A stretch of DNA of 64,000 nucleotides from a virus, in the IMG/VR virus record IMGVR_UViG_3300006226_000022; one strand, written 5' to 3'. This document shows, one piece after another, positions 38,916-46,362 of this stretch. The notes under the pieces were generated by a model. The model saw nothing but the letters and a program-made list of their open reading frames with translations, made no database searches and was not told the DNA's origin. Made by a program: the position numbers and the translations under genes. Position 1 is the stretch's first letter. Every line of letters begins with the position of its first letter.

Positions 38916-40319
38916 CTATTTTTCAAATCCAACCGTTCCAAAATGATAAACTTTTGTTATATTAGAAACAGAAATTGATTTCTTCTCACCATCTTTCATA
39001 ACCAAAACTTGTTTTCCATAACTATGGCAACCTTTTGAAACATATCGTTTCTTTCCAACCCAAACTAAATCGCCAGGCTGGATAGCATATCTTCTACGTC
39101 TGATTGTTATCTGCCTTCCAGGCTTTTGAACCTGTAACGATCTATTATTCTTACGCCGTTCTGCCAATAACAACGGTTCCGACAATAATTGATTTGTTCC
39201 ACCAGCAATTACAAACGCATCGTTATAATGTGTTTTAGGTAAGCCTAACTCATTTCGTTTCACTTGCGTTATGTAACCAAAAGTCTCAACAATATCAGGA
39301 TAACGTTCACGTAATCGCTTACGCAATATGTTCATAAAAGTCTCTGCCTTATATTGTTTGTTCTTTTTCAATACACTGAAGTCATTTTTATCATGCATAA
39401 CCCGATGACAAGTATCATGCAGCAATGCCATATTATCCGGCTTATCTGTACCACCATTAGCCACATGAATTATGTGATGCATTTCTATTCGTTCGCCTTT
39501 TTCTATTTTCTTGCCACAATATTGACAAATTCCATGCTCTCTAGCAAACAAATAATTCCGCAGATTAGTGCGAAATAATTTACCCTGTTGATAGCCTACA
39601 CCCTGTATTTCAGGGTTTTCTAACTTCTGCATGTCAAAAGAACCACTCTCTGTCCTGATCTCAGATACAGGGCATATTGCGCGTAACTTATCAATCTCGC
39701 GATAATGCCGGTTTATCCGACGATCTACTGATGGAGGTACATCCTTATTGCGATGACTCGCTCTGTTCTTCCAACGTGCAGGGCGATAGCGGCATTTGCG
39801 ATTACGCCGACTACGGCGATACATCGCTCGTGTCGATAAACGCTCGGACATTTTATTGTCCAGCTTTATCTGACCTAGTGCATAGCAATACTTACCGACT
39901 AAGGCAAATCCAATGTAACCATATCCTTCATCTATGCCTAATGGTATAGGCTGCGTTGCACCTCCTACATGCGTTGTTAACTTGATTGTAAAATATGGTC
40001 TAGCTGAAACCACTACAGCTTTTCTCCCCTCTAGTAACTTACGAGCTTTTCTAGGCTTGCACGGCATAAGAGGTGTACCATTTGCGTCCAGTACAAAAAC
40101 GTGCACACTTTCAACCGCTACCTTTCGGAGCTGTTCGGGCTGTGCGTCCCGTTGATCCACTTCGGCGTGATCCAATCCAGTTTCGGTAAATAAATCTACC
40201 GTCCCCGCCGCACTGTCGCTTTCGCGACTGTTTAGCGACAGGGTTACAGAGCGACCGACTAGTGGAGCATCTGCCGGTGTGTTCTGAAACTCTAAAGGTA
40301 TCGTCTGTTTTCTAACCAT
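38916..40319 (-). CDS. iscB: IscB-like RNA-guided nuclease (PLMP, RuvC-I, arginine-rich bridge helix, RuvC-II, HNH, RuvC-III); true start probably GTG at 40106
   Basis: HVFVLDANGTPLMPCKPRKARKLL (PLMP motif), LGIDEGYGYIGFALV (RuvC-I, GID), RAMYRRSRRNRKCRYRPARWKNR (RRxRR bridge helix), SEIRTESGSFDMQKLENPEIQGVGYQQG (RuvC-II), HHIIHVANGGTDKPDNMALLHDTCHRVMH (HNH), KTHYNDAFVIAGG (RuvC-III). The first 71 codons of the ATG-initiated ORF overlap the structured candidate omegaRNA and are probably not translated. Confidence 0.75.
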   Translation of the reverse strand: MVRKQTIPLEFQNTPADAPLVGRSVTLSLNSRESDSAAGTVDLFTETGLDHAEVDQRDAQPEQLRKVAVESVHVFVLDANGTPLMPCKPRKARKLLEGRKAVVVSARPYFTIKLTTHVGGATQPIPLGIDEGYGYIGFALVGKYCYALGQIKLDNKMSERLSTRAMYRRSRRNRKCRYRPARWKNRASHRNKDVPPSVDRRINRHYREIDKLRAICPVSEIRTESGSFDMQKLENPEIQGVGYQQGKLFRTNLRNYLFAREHGICQYCGKKIEKGERIEMHHIIHVANGGTDKPDNMALLHDTCHRVMHDKNDFSVLKKNKQYKAETFMNILRKRLRERYPDIVETFGYITQVKRNELGLPKTHYNDAFVIAGGTNQLLSEPLLLAERRKNNRSLQVQKPGRQITIRRRRYAIQPGDLVWVGKKRYVSKGCHSYGKQVLVMKDGEKKSISVSNITKVYHFGTVGFEK

Positions 40320-40400
40320 AAAGTATAATTAAAAGTGACCGCCTAGATCCCTAACTAATGCACAGAATTACGTAGAATATCCTACATAATTAAACACTAG
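40107..40400 (-). ncRNA. candidate omegaRNA of the IscB locus
   Basis: Immediately 5' of the IscB core on the same strand. Minus-strand sequence holds several GNRA-capped hairpins (GTCGC-GAAA-GCGAC within CTGTCGCTAAACAGTCGCGAAAGCGACAG; GGATCACGCCGAAGTGGATC; GCTCC-GAAA-GGTAGC). Boundaries are approximate. Confidence 0.35.
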
Positions 40401-40867
40401 TCATGAACCATACTGGGATTATCAGAGGTATTGACAGAATGCGCGTTTTGCACACCGACCAAAACTTGCATTTCGGGGATATTCGGATACAATACCCCCA
40501 ACATAGCGATTAAAGCGTTCGTCCCTGTCTCCACCATAAAACCATCAGGATACAAAATATCATGAAATTCTTCAAACGTCATAGTATCCTGCTCGGCGAC
40601 GTGGCTGTACACAAATCTCGCAGCCCCATACACATTGGCAAACATCATGCTCCTACCATCGCCGAATTGGGTTGACAATATCATGGCTTTGTCCAGAACA
40701 TCGAGCATAAAACTCTTCTGAACAGTATCCGGCAATAACTTCACCGTTTCATTCGCCTGATTTATGTACGTCTGCCTCAACCATGAATCAATAGAATCCA
40801 CATCTTTGACCGTAGGTGTTCGCAAATTTATCTCACGTCCATTTGATAGGGTATAGGGTGTACTCAT
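40397..40867 (-). CDS. hypothetical protein
   Basis: 156-aa minus ORF. Confidence 0.4.
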   Translation of the reverse strand: MSTPYTLSNGREINLRTPTVKDVDSIDSWLRQTYINQANETVKLLPDTVQKSFMLDVLDKAMILSTQFGDGRSMMFANVYGAARFVYSHVAEQDTMTFEEFHDILYPDGFMVETGTNALIAMLGVLYPNIPEMQVLVGVQNAHSVNTSDNPSMVHD

Positions 40868-40924
40868 AAGTCAAAGTTCAAAGAAACAAGTCAAAAATAA
40901 TAGAAAATGTCACCAAAATAACAA

Positions 40925-41437
40925 TTACGTAAACCGCACAGTGTACGTCACGTCAAACAAATACCGTCGAGAACTGCCGTCCAATCCTCTATCACGAATC
41001 GTCTCTAAACGATTACATGTCAATGCCGTACGAACTTCAGCAGACTGCGGCTCGTCATTCCTCTTTTTGAATTCACCAAGATTGTCATCAGGTATAGCCA
41101 CTACGTAATTTTTCAATGTGTCCAATGTCCGAGCTATATGATGTATTTTTGTCAAACCAGCAACATAATCCGTTGTCCGCACACAAATCTTAACGTTTGC
41201 CTGTTCCAACGGAATACCATCGCTTATGTATTTACCGCGTTCAGCCTGAGTATAATCCACGTCCAAAACAGCAATGAAATTATTAGGACATGTGGAAAAA
41301 TCCGGCATTTTTAAACAAGAAATTGCATACCACGCATTCGGATCGCGAGCGGACGGGTCGTTGGGCATGTCATCGATACTTACACAGAAACCCTCTAATA
41401 CCAAAATCTGAAAAATACCATGCGCAGGTGTTAACAT
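40925..41437 (-). CDS. hypothetical protein
   Basis: 170-aa minus ORF. Confidence 0.4.
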   Translation of the reverse strand: MLTPAHGIFQILVLEGFCVSIDDMPNDPSARDPNAWYAISCLKMPDFSTCPNNFIAVLDVDYTQAERGKYISDGIPLEQANVKICVRTTDYVAGLTKIHHIARTLDTLKNYVVAIPDDNLGEFKKRNDEPQSAEVRTALTCNRLETIRDRGLDGSSRRYLFDVTYTVRFT

Positions 41438-41772
41438 TATTTTTTCTCAGAAGGAAGTCGCAAATCAGGAATTTCTACAGGAGGCTTGGGATCTCGCGTG
41501 AAATCATCAAAATGACGATTTCCTATCCTGTCAGGTTGTGCGGTTATTATTCCCACAACAAACATGTTTCTATCGCCTCCGTACATTTTTCGTTTTAACG
41601 CAAAGTCGTCAGAGTTAGCAGAAACACGGGGCGCAGGAGTGTTCTGAATGGCTATTTCAGGCGAAGTGGCTAGTGTGTGTTTCGTACCGTCATAAGAAAA
41701 ACCACGAGTGGTGGTTTTACCGGACGGGACATCAATGGGCGAAGCGACTATTTTCATGGGTCTTAAAAACAA
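41437..41772 (-). CDS. hypothetical protein
   Basis: 111-aa minus ORF; start overlaps the upstream stop. Confidence 0.35.
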   Translation of the reverse strand: MFLRPMKIVASPIDVPSGKTTTRGFSYDGTKHTLATSPEIAIQNTPAPRVSANSDDFALKRKMYGGDRNMFVVGIITAQPDRIGNRHFDDFTRDPKPPVEIPDLRLPSEKK

Positions 41773-41850
41773 AATGCTTTTCGCCGATTATAGCAGAAAT
41801 CAAACCTATGATTTTTCAAATTATCTTATACAAAACAGAGATAGTTAATA

Positions 41851-41887
41851 CAAAAAAAGACTACCATTAAACCGCTTAATGGTAGTC
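41851..41887 (-). terminator. rho-independent terminator (minus strand)
   Basis: gactaccattaa-accgc-ttaatggtagtc perfect 12-bp stem, followed on the minus strand by TTTTTTTG. Confidence 0.55.
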
Positions 41888-42219
41888 CAGCTCATAGTGT
41901 ACTTGACAAATTACGACTCCGAAGAGAATTACTATATGCCAAGTTTTATCCTCTCTCGCTTCCCACCCCGAGCGTTCCCAAGCGAGTAGAGCAGCCCTAT
42001 CCATAATCAGTTTGATGGATGCTAGCGGTTAGGATCCACCTTCCTCCTTTCATTTCCTGACTAACAGTACTATTTATCATACTATTATCAGTTAATACAA
42101 AGATAAAGAAATGTCCAAATATCATAAATTGCAAATTGTAAAACGGGGCTAAAATCACAGCTGCGGCGAGTTCGTCAAAACCGCACAACAAGAAAATTCC
42201 AACCCCCTTGTTCGAAAAT

Positions 42220-42426
42220 TTACCAACCATCTGAGCGAAATACAACAAAATTGCTCGTGTCACCGATGCGCTCTGCTAACTTTTGGCGAGCGGTGTCGTA
42301 TGCCTGATCCACGTTGCGATGTAAGCTATAATCTCCTTCGACCTCAACTTGATGGAGTTGCGTGAATCCGCACTCATCAGCTGTTTTGCTTTTGAAGTGA
42401 ACCACGATTTTTCTGGTGTTTGCCAT
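42220..42426 (-). CDS. small hypothetical protein
   Basis: 68 aa; palindrome copy 42495..42524 upstream. Confidence 0.3.
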   Translation of the reverse strand: MANTRKIVVHFKSKTADECGFTQLHQVEVEGDYSLHRNVDQAYDTARQKLAERIGDTSNFVVFRSDGW

Positions 42427-42517
42427 TATTTTGTTCTGTGGTTTAATGTTGTAATTTACATGGTTACAAAATTATGAAATTTACAAAACAATACTTTAAT
42501 TATTAAATGTTTTATAA

Positions 42518-44611
42518 TTAAACTTTTGAAAACAGCCGCTTATCATAGTTCACATTTATTTCATGCGATGTTTTTTCTGCCCAAGATTTACCTAACGGTG
42601 CGACATCAGCTTCTACTGTCATAGGCACAGTCAGCCACGGATGCAATAGAGGTACTCGTACGGTCATCCAGTAATGGCATAACTGCAAAAATCGCTCCAG
42701 CTCTGCTTCCGGCACATCTGCCACTATCGAATCGTGTATTTCATTTATGAGCAACGTGCCAGGAAACATTTTAGTACCATCGGCGTTTGTAAGCGTCTGT
42801 AAATCATTATGAATGCCGCAAAGTGCTGTCAAAAGACAATGGGCGGCACTACATTGAGACGGCGTATTAGTCGCCGAATTTCTAGGAATCACACCACCAA
42901 CACGAAATCCATCGGGCGTGTCCACATAACCTTTTTGCTGTGCTTCCCTAAACACATCCTTTTTCCAATCTCGGTATCCGCTAAATAACAAATCCCAAAA
43001 CTCTCGTTCTATATTTTGAATCAAATACTCGTAACTACCGGGCTGGGGTCGATCTCCATTGGACAAACATGTTATACCTTTTGACCGCAGATGATCACAT
43101 AATAGCGTCCCATTTTTAAGTTTCAATCCAGCTATTTGTATCGTATCCCATAACGCCAAGGCCATCTGTTTCCAATACGACCCATAAAATGCAGCGAATG
43201 TAAAATCCCCTTTAACCGACTGGCGCATATCTTTGGTTATATCCGCCTCATCTAACAAATAAATCTTTGACGCTACCCATCTATGAAAATCCAACCCTTC
43301 AGTAATACTCTTCACAAGCGTCTTGTCATGATTCACTGACGCGCTTGTACAAACCTCAATTCCAGAAAAATCCACTTCAACAATATGCCTATTTTTAGCC
43401 CGAGGCACAAACAATGTACGGACGAGTTTTTGTACAACCTTATTGCGTGCGGGTATATTCTGAACGTTAGGTTCTTTACAAGAGTTATGTACCACCAGTT
43501 CATTCGCTACAAAATTAGAATAACCGCTCACTTCCAAATCATACACATCTACTTCGATGCCCAAATCCTCTACACGAAGAATTTCGTACACAGACGTTTC
43601 GACCGTGAGTTCTGGTGTTCTATCCCATTTACGGCGTTTGTAGTACATATTAGGCGAATGAATCGATAATACACACCTGTTATAGGGAGAATTAGGCTTG
43701 AATGCATCCGACTTATATTCCAGCACATTTTGCGCTTCGCAATATTCGCCGTCCGCCATACGCACACGATGATCCGGCGTACAATCCAAATATGCTTGTC
43801 TGCCATCATGTAGAACATAATGCAACCGAATAATCTTTTTCCTACCTGTTTTCCACTGATTTTTGACTTTAACAACCGTTGGCTCCAAATTATCATCAAG
43901 ACAATACACATAATTTCCAGGCTTCACATCTGATATACGGATTTTCTTGACTGTTTCCACACCGCGATCATAAAAACACGTTAAAATTTGCGCGCCTGCT
44001 GCCAAACAAGTCCGGTACGTAATTACCGATAAAAGCGAAAAACTCGGATGAACGAAATCATCTTTATCTATTGTGGCTTCCAAACCGACAATATACGTAC
44101 TACGTAATTTGAGCATAGACTGATAGTCCGCATACAAAAATATAAAATCTTTAATATCGGGGTATTTTGCCGTCAGACGGTACAAAGCCTTTTTGTCCAT
44201 TTCAAGAGCTTCATCTAACGTCAGGTCATTCACTTGTAACCGCAAACCGTGCACTTTATCAGTAAATAAAACCTGAGCCAACTCGTTACGGTTCGACCAC
44301 GTAGGATTTTTAACAATACGCTGCCAACGTTGCCCTATGTCCATCTGAGCCAATTTCTGCTCATAGTCGGCTATTATATCACCAGCTTCTTTTTTATTTT
44401 GCTCTAATCGAGCACGGTCAATTTTCAGCCCATTTGCTTCGATAGCAGCCAAAACACGCTGACTTTCAACAAAAAGAGAAACTGCGGTATCTACTGTGTG
44501 CCAAGTGGTCTTACCGGGCGATGTATCTTTGTGAATTTTTTGTTTAATATGCATAACAAAAATCAATCCATGACATACTATAATAGAAATTACAATCGTA
44601 CAGAAAAGCAT
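42518..44611 (-). CDS. family-A DNA polymerase (polymerase domain only) interrupted by a mini-intein
   Basis: Extein: ...SLLSVITYRT|...|SCKEPNVQNIPARN (Pol I TGRLSS.PNLQNIP motif), EVDFSGIEV (motif A), RQSVKGDFTFAAFYGS (motif B), EIHDSIVADV (motif C). No 3'-5' exonuclease domain. First ~19 hydrophobic codons may not be translated (alternative Met at codon 20). Confidence 0.75.
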   Translation of the reverse strand: MLFCTIVISIIVCHGLIFVMHIKQKIHKDTSPGKTTWHTVDTAVSLFVESQRVLAAIEANGLKIDRARLEQNKKEAGDIIADYEQKLAQMDIGQRWQRIVKNPTWSNRNELAQVLFTDKVHGLRLQVNDLTLDEALEMDKKALYRLTAKYPDIKDFIFLYADYQSMLKLRSTYIVGLEATIDKDDFVHPSFSLLSVITYRTCLAAGAQILTCFYDRGVETVKKIRISDVKPGNYVYCLDDNLEPTVVKVKNQWKTGRKKIIRLHYVLHDGRQAYLDCTPDHRVRMADGEYCEAQNVLEYKSDAFKPNSPYNRCVLSIHSPNMYYKRRKWDRTPELTVETSVYEILRVEDLGIEVDVYDLEVSGYSNFVANELVVHNSCKEPNVQNIPARNKVVQKLVRTLFVPRAKNRHIVEVDFSGIEVCTSASVNHDKTLVKSITEGLDFHRWVASKIYLLDEADITKDMRQSVKGDFTFAAFYGSYWKQMALALWDTIQIAGLKLKNGTLLCDHLRSKGITCLSNGDRPQPGSYEYLIQNIEREFWDLLFSGYRDWKKDVFREAQQKGYVDTPDGFRVGGVIPRNSATNTPSQCSAAHCLLTALCGIHNDLQTLTNADGTKMFPGTLLINEIHDSIVADVPEAELERFLQLCHYWMTVRVPLLHPWLTVPMTVEADVAPLGKSWAEKTSHEINVNYDKRLFSKV
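43484..44008 (-). mobile_element. mini-intein (175 aa, residues 202-376 of the polymerase ORF)
   Basis: Starts CLAAGAQILT (block A), contains TPDHRVRMADGEY (block B TxxH), ends VYDLEVSGYSNFVANELVVHN followed by +1 Ser; no homing-endonuclease domain. ORFs 43385..43669 (+) and 43570..43911 (-) inside it are artefacts. Confidence 0.7.
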
Positions 44612-44620
44612 CCAACGAAC

Positions 44621-44650
44621 TTTTAATTATAAAATATTGTATATTTAACT
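44621..44650. promoter_or_regulatory. intergenic palindrome copy between divergent genes (polymerase on minus, LRR gene on plus)
   Basis: TTTTAATTATAAAATATTGTATATTTAACT; -10-like TATAAT on both strands. Confidence 0.5.
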
Positions 44651-44652
44651 CC

Positions 44653-46362
44653 ATGAGAAACGCTTCAAAAAAATGGATGCGGCTTTGCGGCGAATCCACA
44701 TGCCTACCGCAAGAGGACATATTCAACGCACATGCGAATTCTGACCCCACACCAAGGGCATTCAATACAAATTTGACCGGTGTGGAAACGTCCGACATGA
44801 AAAACATCCTGCCAGCCGAAACACTCTTTCAAAAAGGACGACTTTTATTAGTGCAAGAGCGGTTCCTGAATACATCCGCAGAATTTAGAAAAAACAGTCT
44901 AAACCATCCGCAACGCTTCTATGGTGCCACATCACGCCCATTCGAACAATTAGATTTACTCGTAGAGGGCAATGATTTTTACATCCCGACCGGCGGTGTA
45001 TCTTCCAGCAATGCCCAATGCGAATACGACTGGGATATTTTTATAAACAACCAATACTACAAAACATTCAGGGGATACTCAGGCGCAAAATCGACTGGAC
45101 TCAGAATAGTCAAAAAAAACAACACAAAAATCAAAGACGACGTATTTCTATACAGACAGAGCGATACTGCGGATATTCGGCACAATTACAGCACAACAGT
45201 ACCAATTAAAGCCGATTACGGCTACAGAATCTTGCCGTTTTACGTCCAGCAGACATCAAACGGTCAACTCAATAAATGCACATTGGGTACTGCACCAAGT
45301 ATATCCATCACATCCGAACAAAGTAAATTCAACATACGATATCAACTCCCTACTAACATATCTACCACTAAAGCAAACACATTACGAATTTGGCAATATG
45401 TCGCGATATGCCCACACGGAAAAGAAATCAACAGAAATGACATCAAAACATACTTGCTTTATTTATCAGTACCAGACCTTTGGGATCGTGTCGTTGACAT
45501 TTGCGAACTAGAACAAGGACATTCCTGTACCACAGACTTTGCTGCGAAAATACTCAAAGAACAAGACATAAAACCGTGCAGAGATATTAAATGGATTATG
45601 CCGGTAGCCCATTCTGTTAAATATTATCCAGAACACACCAGCCCAAAACACATCCAACGAAATCAAATGCTCATCACTATCAGGCCAAACGCAAAATACC
45701 CACCACAACAAGCATGGCTGCGTGCATTCGGTTTCAATCCAAACCTAGAAAGCTTTGAAATTTGGAATTCTCAAAACAACAAAGATTTATTACTCGAGGT
45801 GGCGGGTATTATCACGCCAGAAATGGTATGTGATCAAAACTGCACATCCGCAGGGAATAACACGTTTAGAAGTTGGTTCGACGGTTGCTCAAACCTAAAA
45901 AAAGTAGATTTAATTTTTCACCACACATGGAACAACGTCAAAACATGCGGTGATTTTTTCAGTTACAGAATGTTTGCAAATTGCCACAATCTAACAGATT
46001 TTAATCCAAACTGGAGCGAACCCCAAGGTTTTACAGCCGTAGGGGATTATCACAACATGAGCAAATACATGAACTGCACAAATCTAGTCTGTGTATCAAA
46101 AAATTACAACGAATCCTACAATATCCGTCAGGCAGGAATAGGATTCGGTAGTTACGAATTCTCTGGATGTACCAATCTGATAACCCCAAGTATATTTTAT
46201 ACAGAACCGCGACAATTCGACAACACACCGCCAGCCATAAACAGTTATAAATTTGAAAACTGCACAAATCTAAATAATTTTCATCAATATAACGAAACAA
46301 AAATACAAGGCAACAGTCCTCAAGCATATTTAGCTGGAAAATTTGACGGTACGCCGCTATGA
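44653..46362 (+). CDS. BspA-type leucine-rich-repeat protein (only long plus-strand gene)
   Basis: Repeated F.NC.NL... units (FANCHNLTDF, MNCTNLVCV, FSGCTNLITP, FENCTNLNNF, FDGCSNLKKVDL) typical of BspA-like LRRs. Confidence 0.5.
   Translation: MRNASKKWMRLCGESTCLPQEDIFNAHANSDPTPRAFNTNLTGVETSDMKNILPAETLFQKGRLLLVQERFLNTSAEFRKNSLNHPQRFYGATSRPFEQLDLLVEGNDFYIPTGGVSSSNAQCEYDWDIFINNQYYKTFRGYSGAKSTGLRIVKKNNTKIKDDVFLYRQSDTADIRHNYSTTVPIKADYGYRILPFYVQQTSNGQLNKCTLGTAPSISITSEQSKFNIRYQLPTNISTTKANTLRIWQYVAICPHGKEINRNDIKTYLLYLSVPDLWDRVVDICELEQGHSCTTDFAAKILKEQDIKPCRDIKWIMPVAHSVKYYPEHTSPKHIQRNQMLITIRPNAKYPPQQAWLRAFGFNPNLESFEIWNSQNNKDLLLEVAGIITPEMVCDQNCTSAGNNTFRSWFDGCSNLKKVDLIFHHTWNNVKTCGDFFSYRMFANCHNLTDFNPNWSEPQGFTAVGDYHNMSKYMNCTNLVCVSKNYNESYNIRQAGIGFGSYEFSGCTNLITPSIFYTEPRQFDNTPPAINSYKFENCTNLNNFHQYNETKIQGNSPQAYLAGKFDGTPL

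Noticed and set aside
38916-40319. Possibility that the HNH protein is a Cas9 or a generic homing endonuclease
   Set aside because: Too small for Cas9, and it carries the PLMP motif, RRxRR bridge helix and split RuvC around the HNH, which together are diagnostic of IscB. No CRISPR array is present anywhere in the window.
41997-42263. ORF 41997..42263 (-) 88 aa
   Set aside because: Hydrophobic low-complexity translation overlapping the more plausible small gene 42220..42426 and lying in a low-coding island; likely non-coding.
43385-43911. ORFs 43385..43669 (+) and 43570..43911 (-) within the polymerase gene
   Set aside because: They fall inside the intein-coding segment in other frames; the polymerase/intein frame is continuous and motif-rich.
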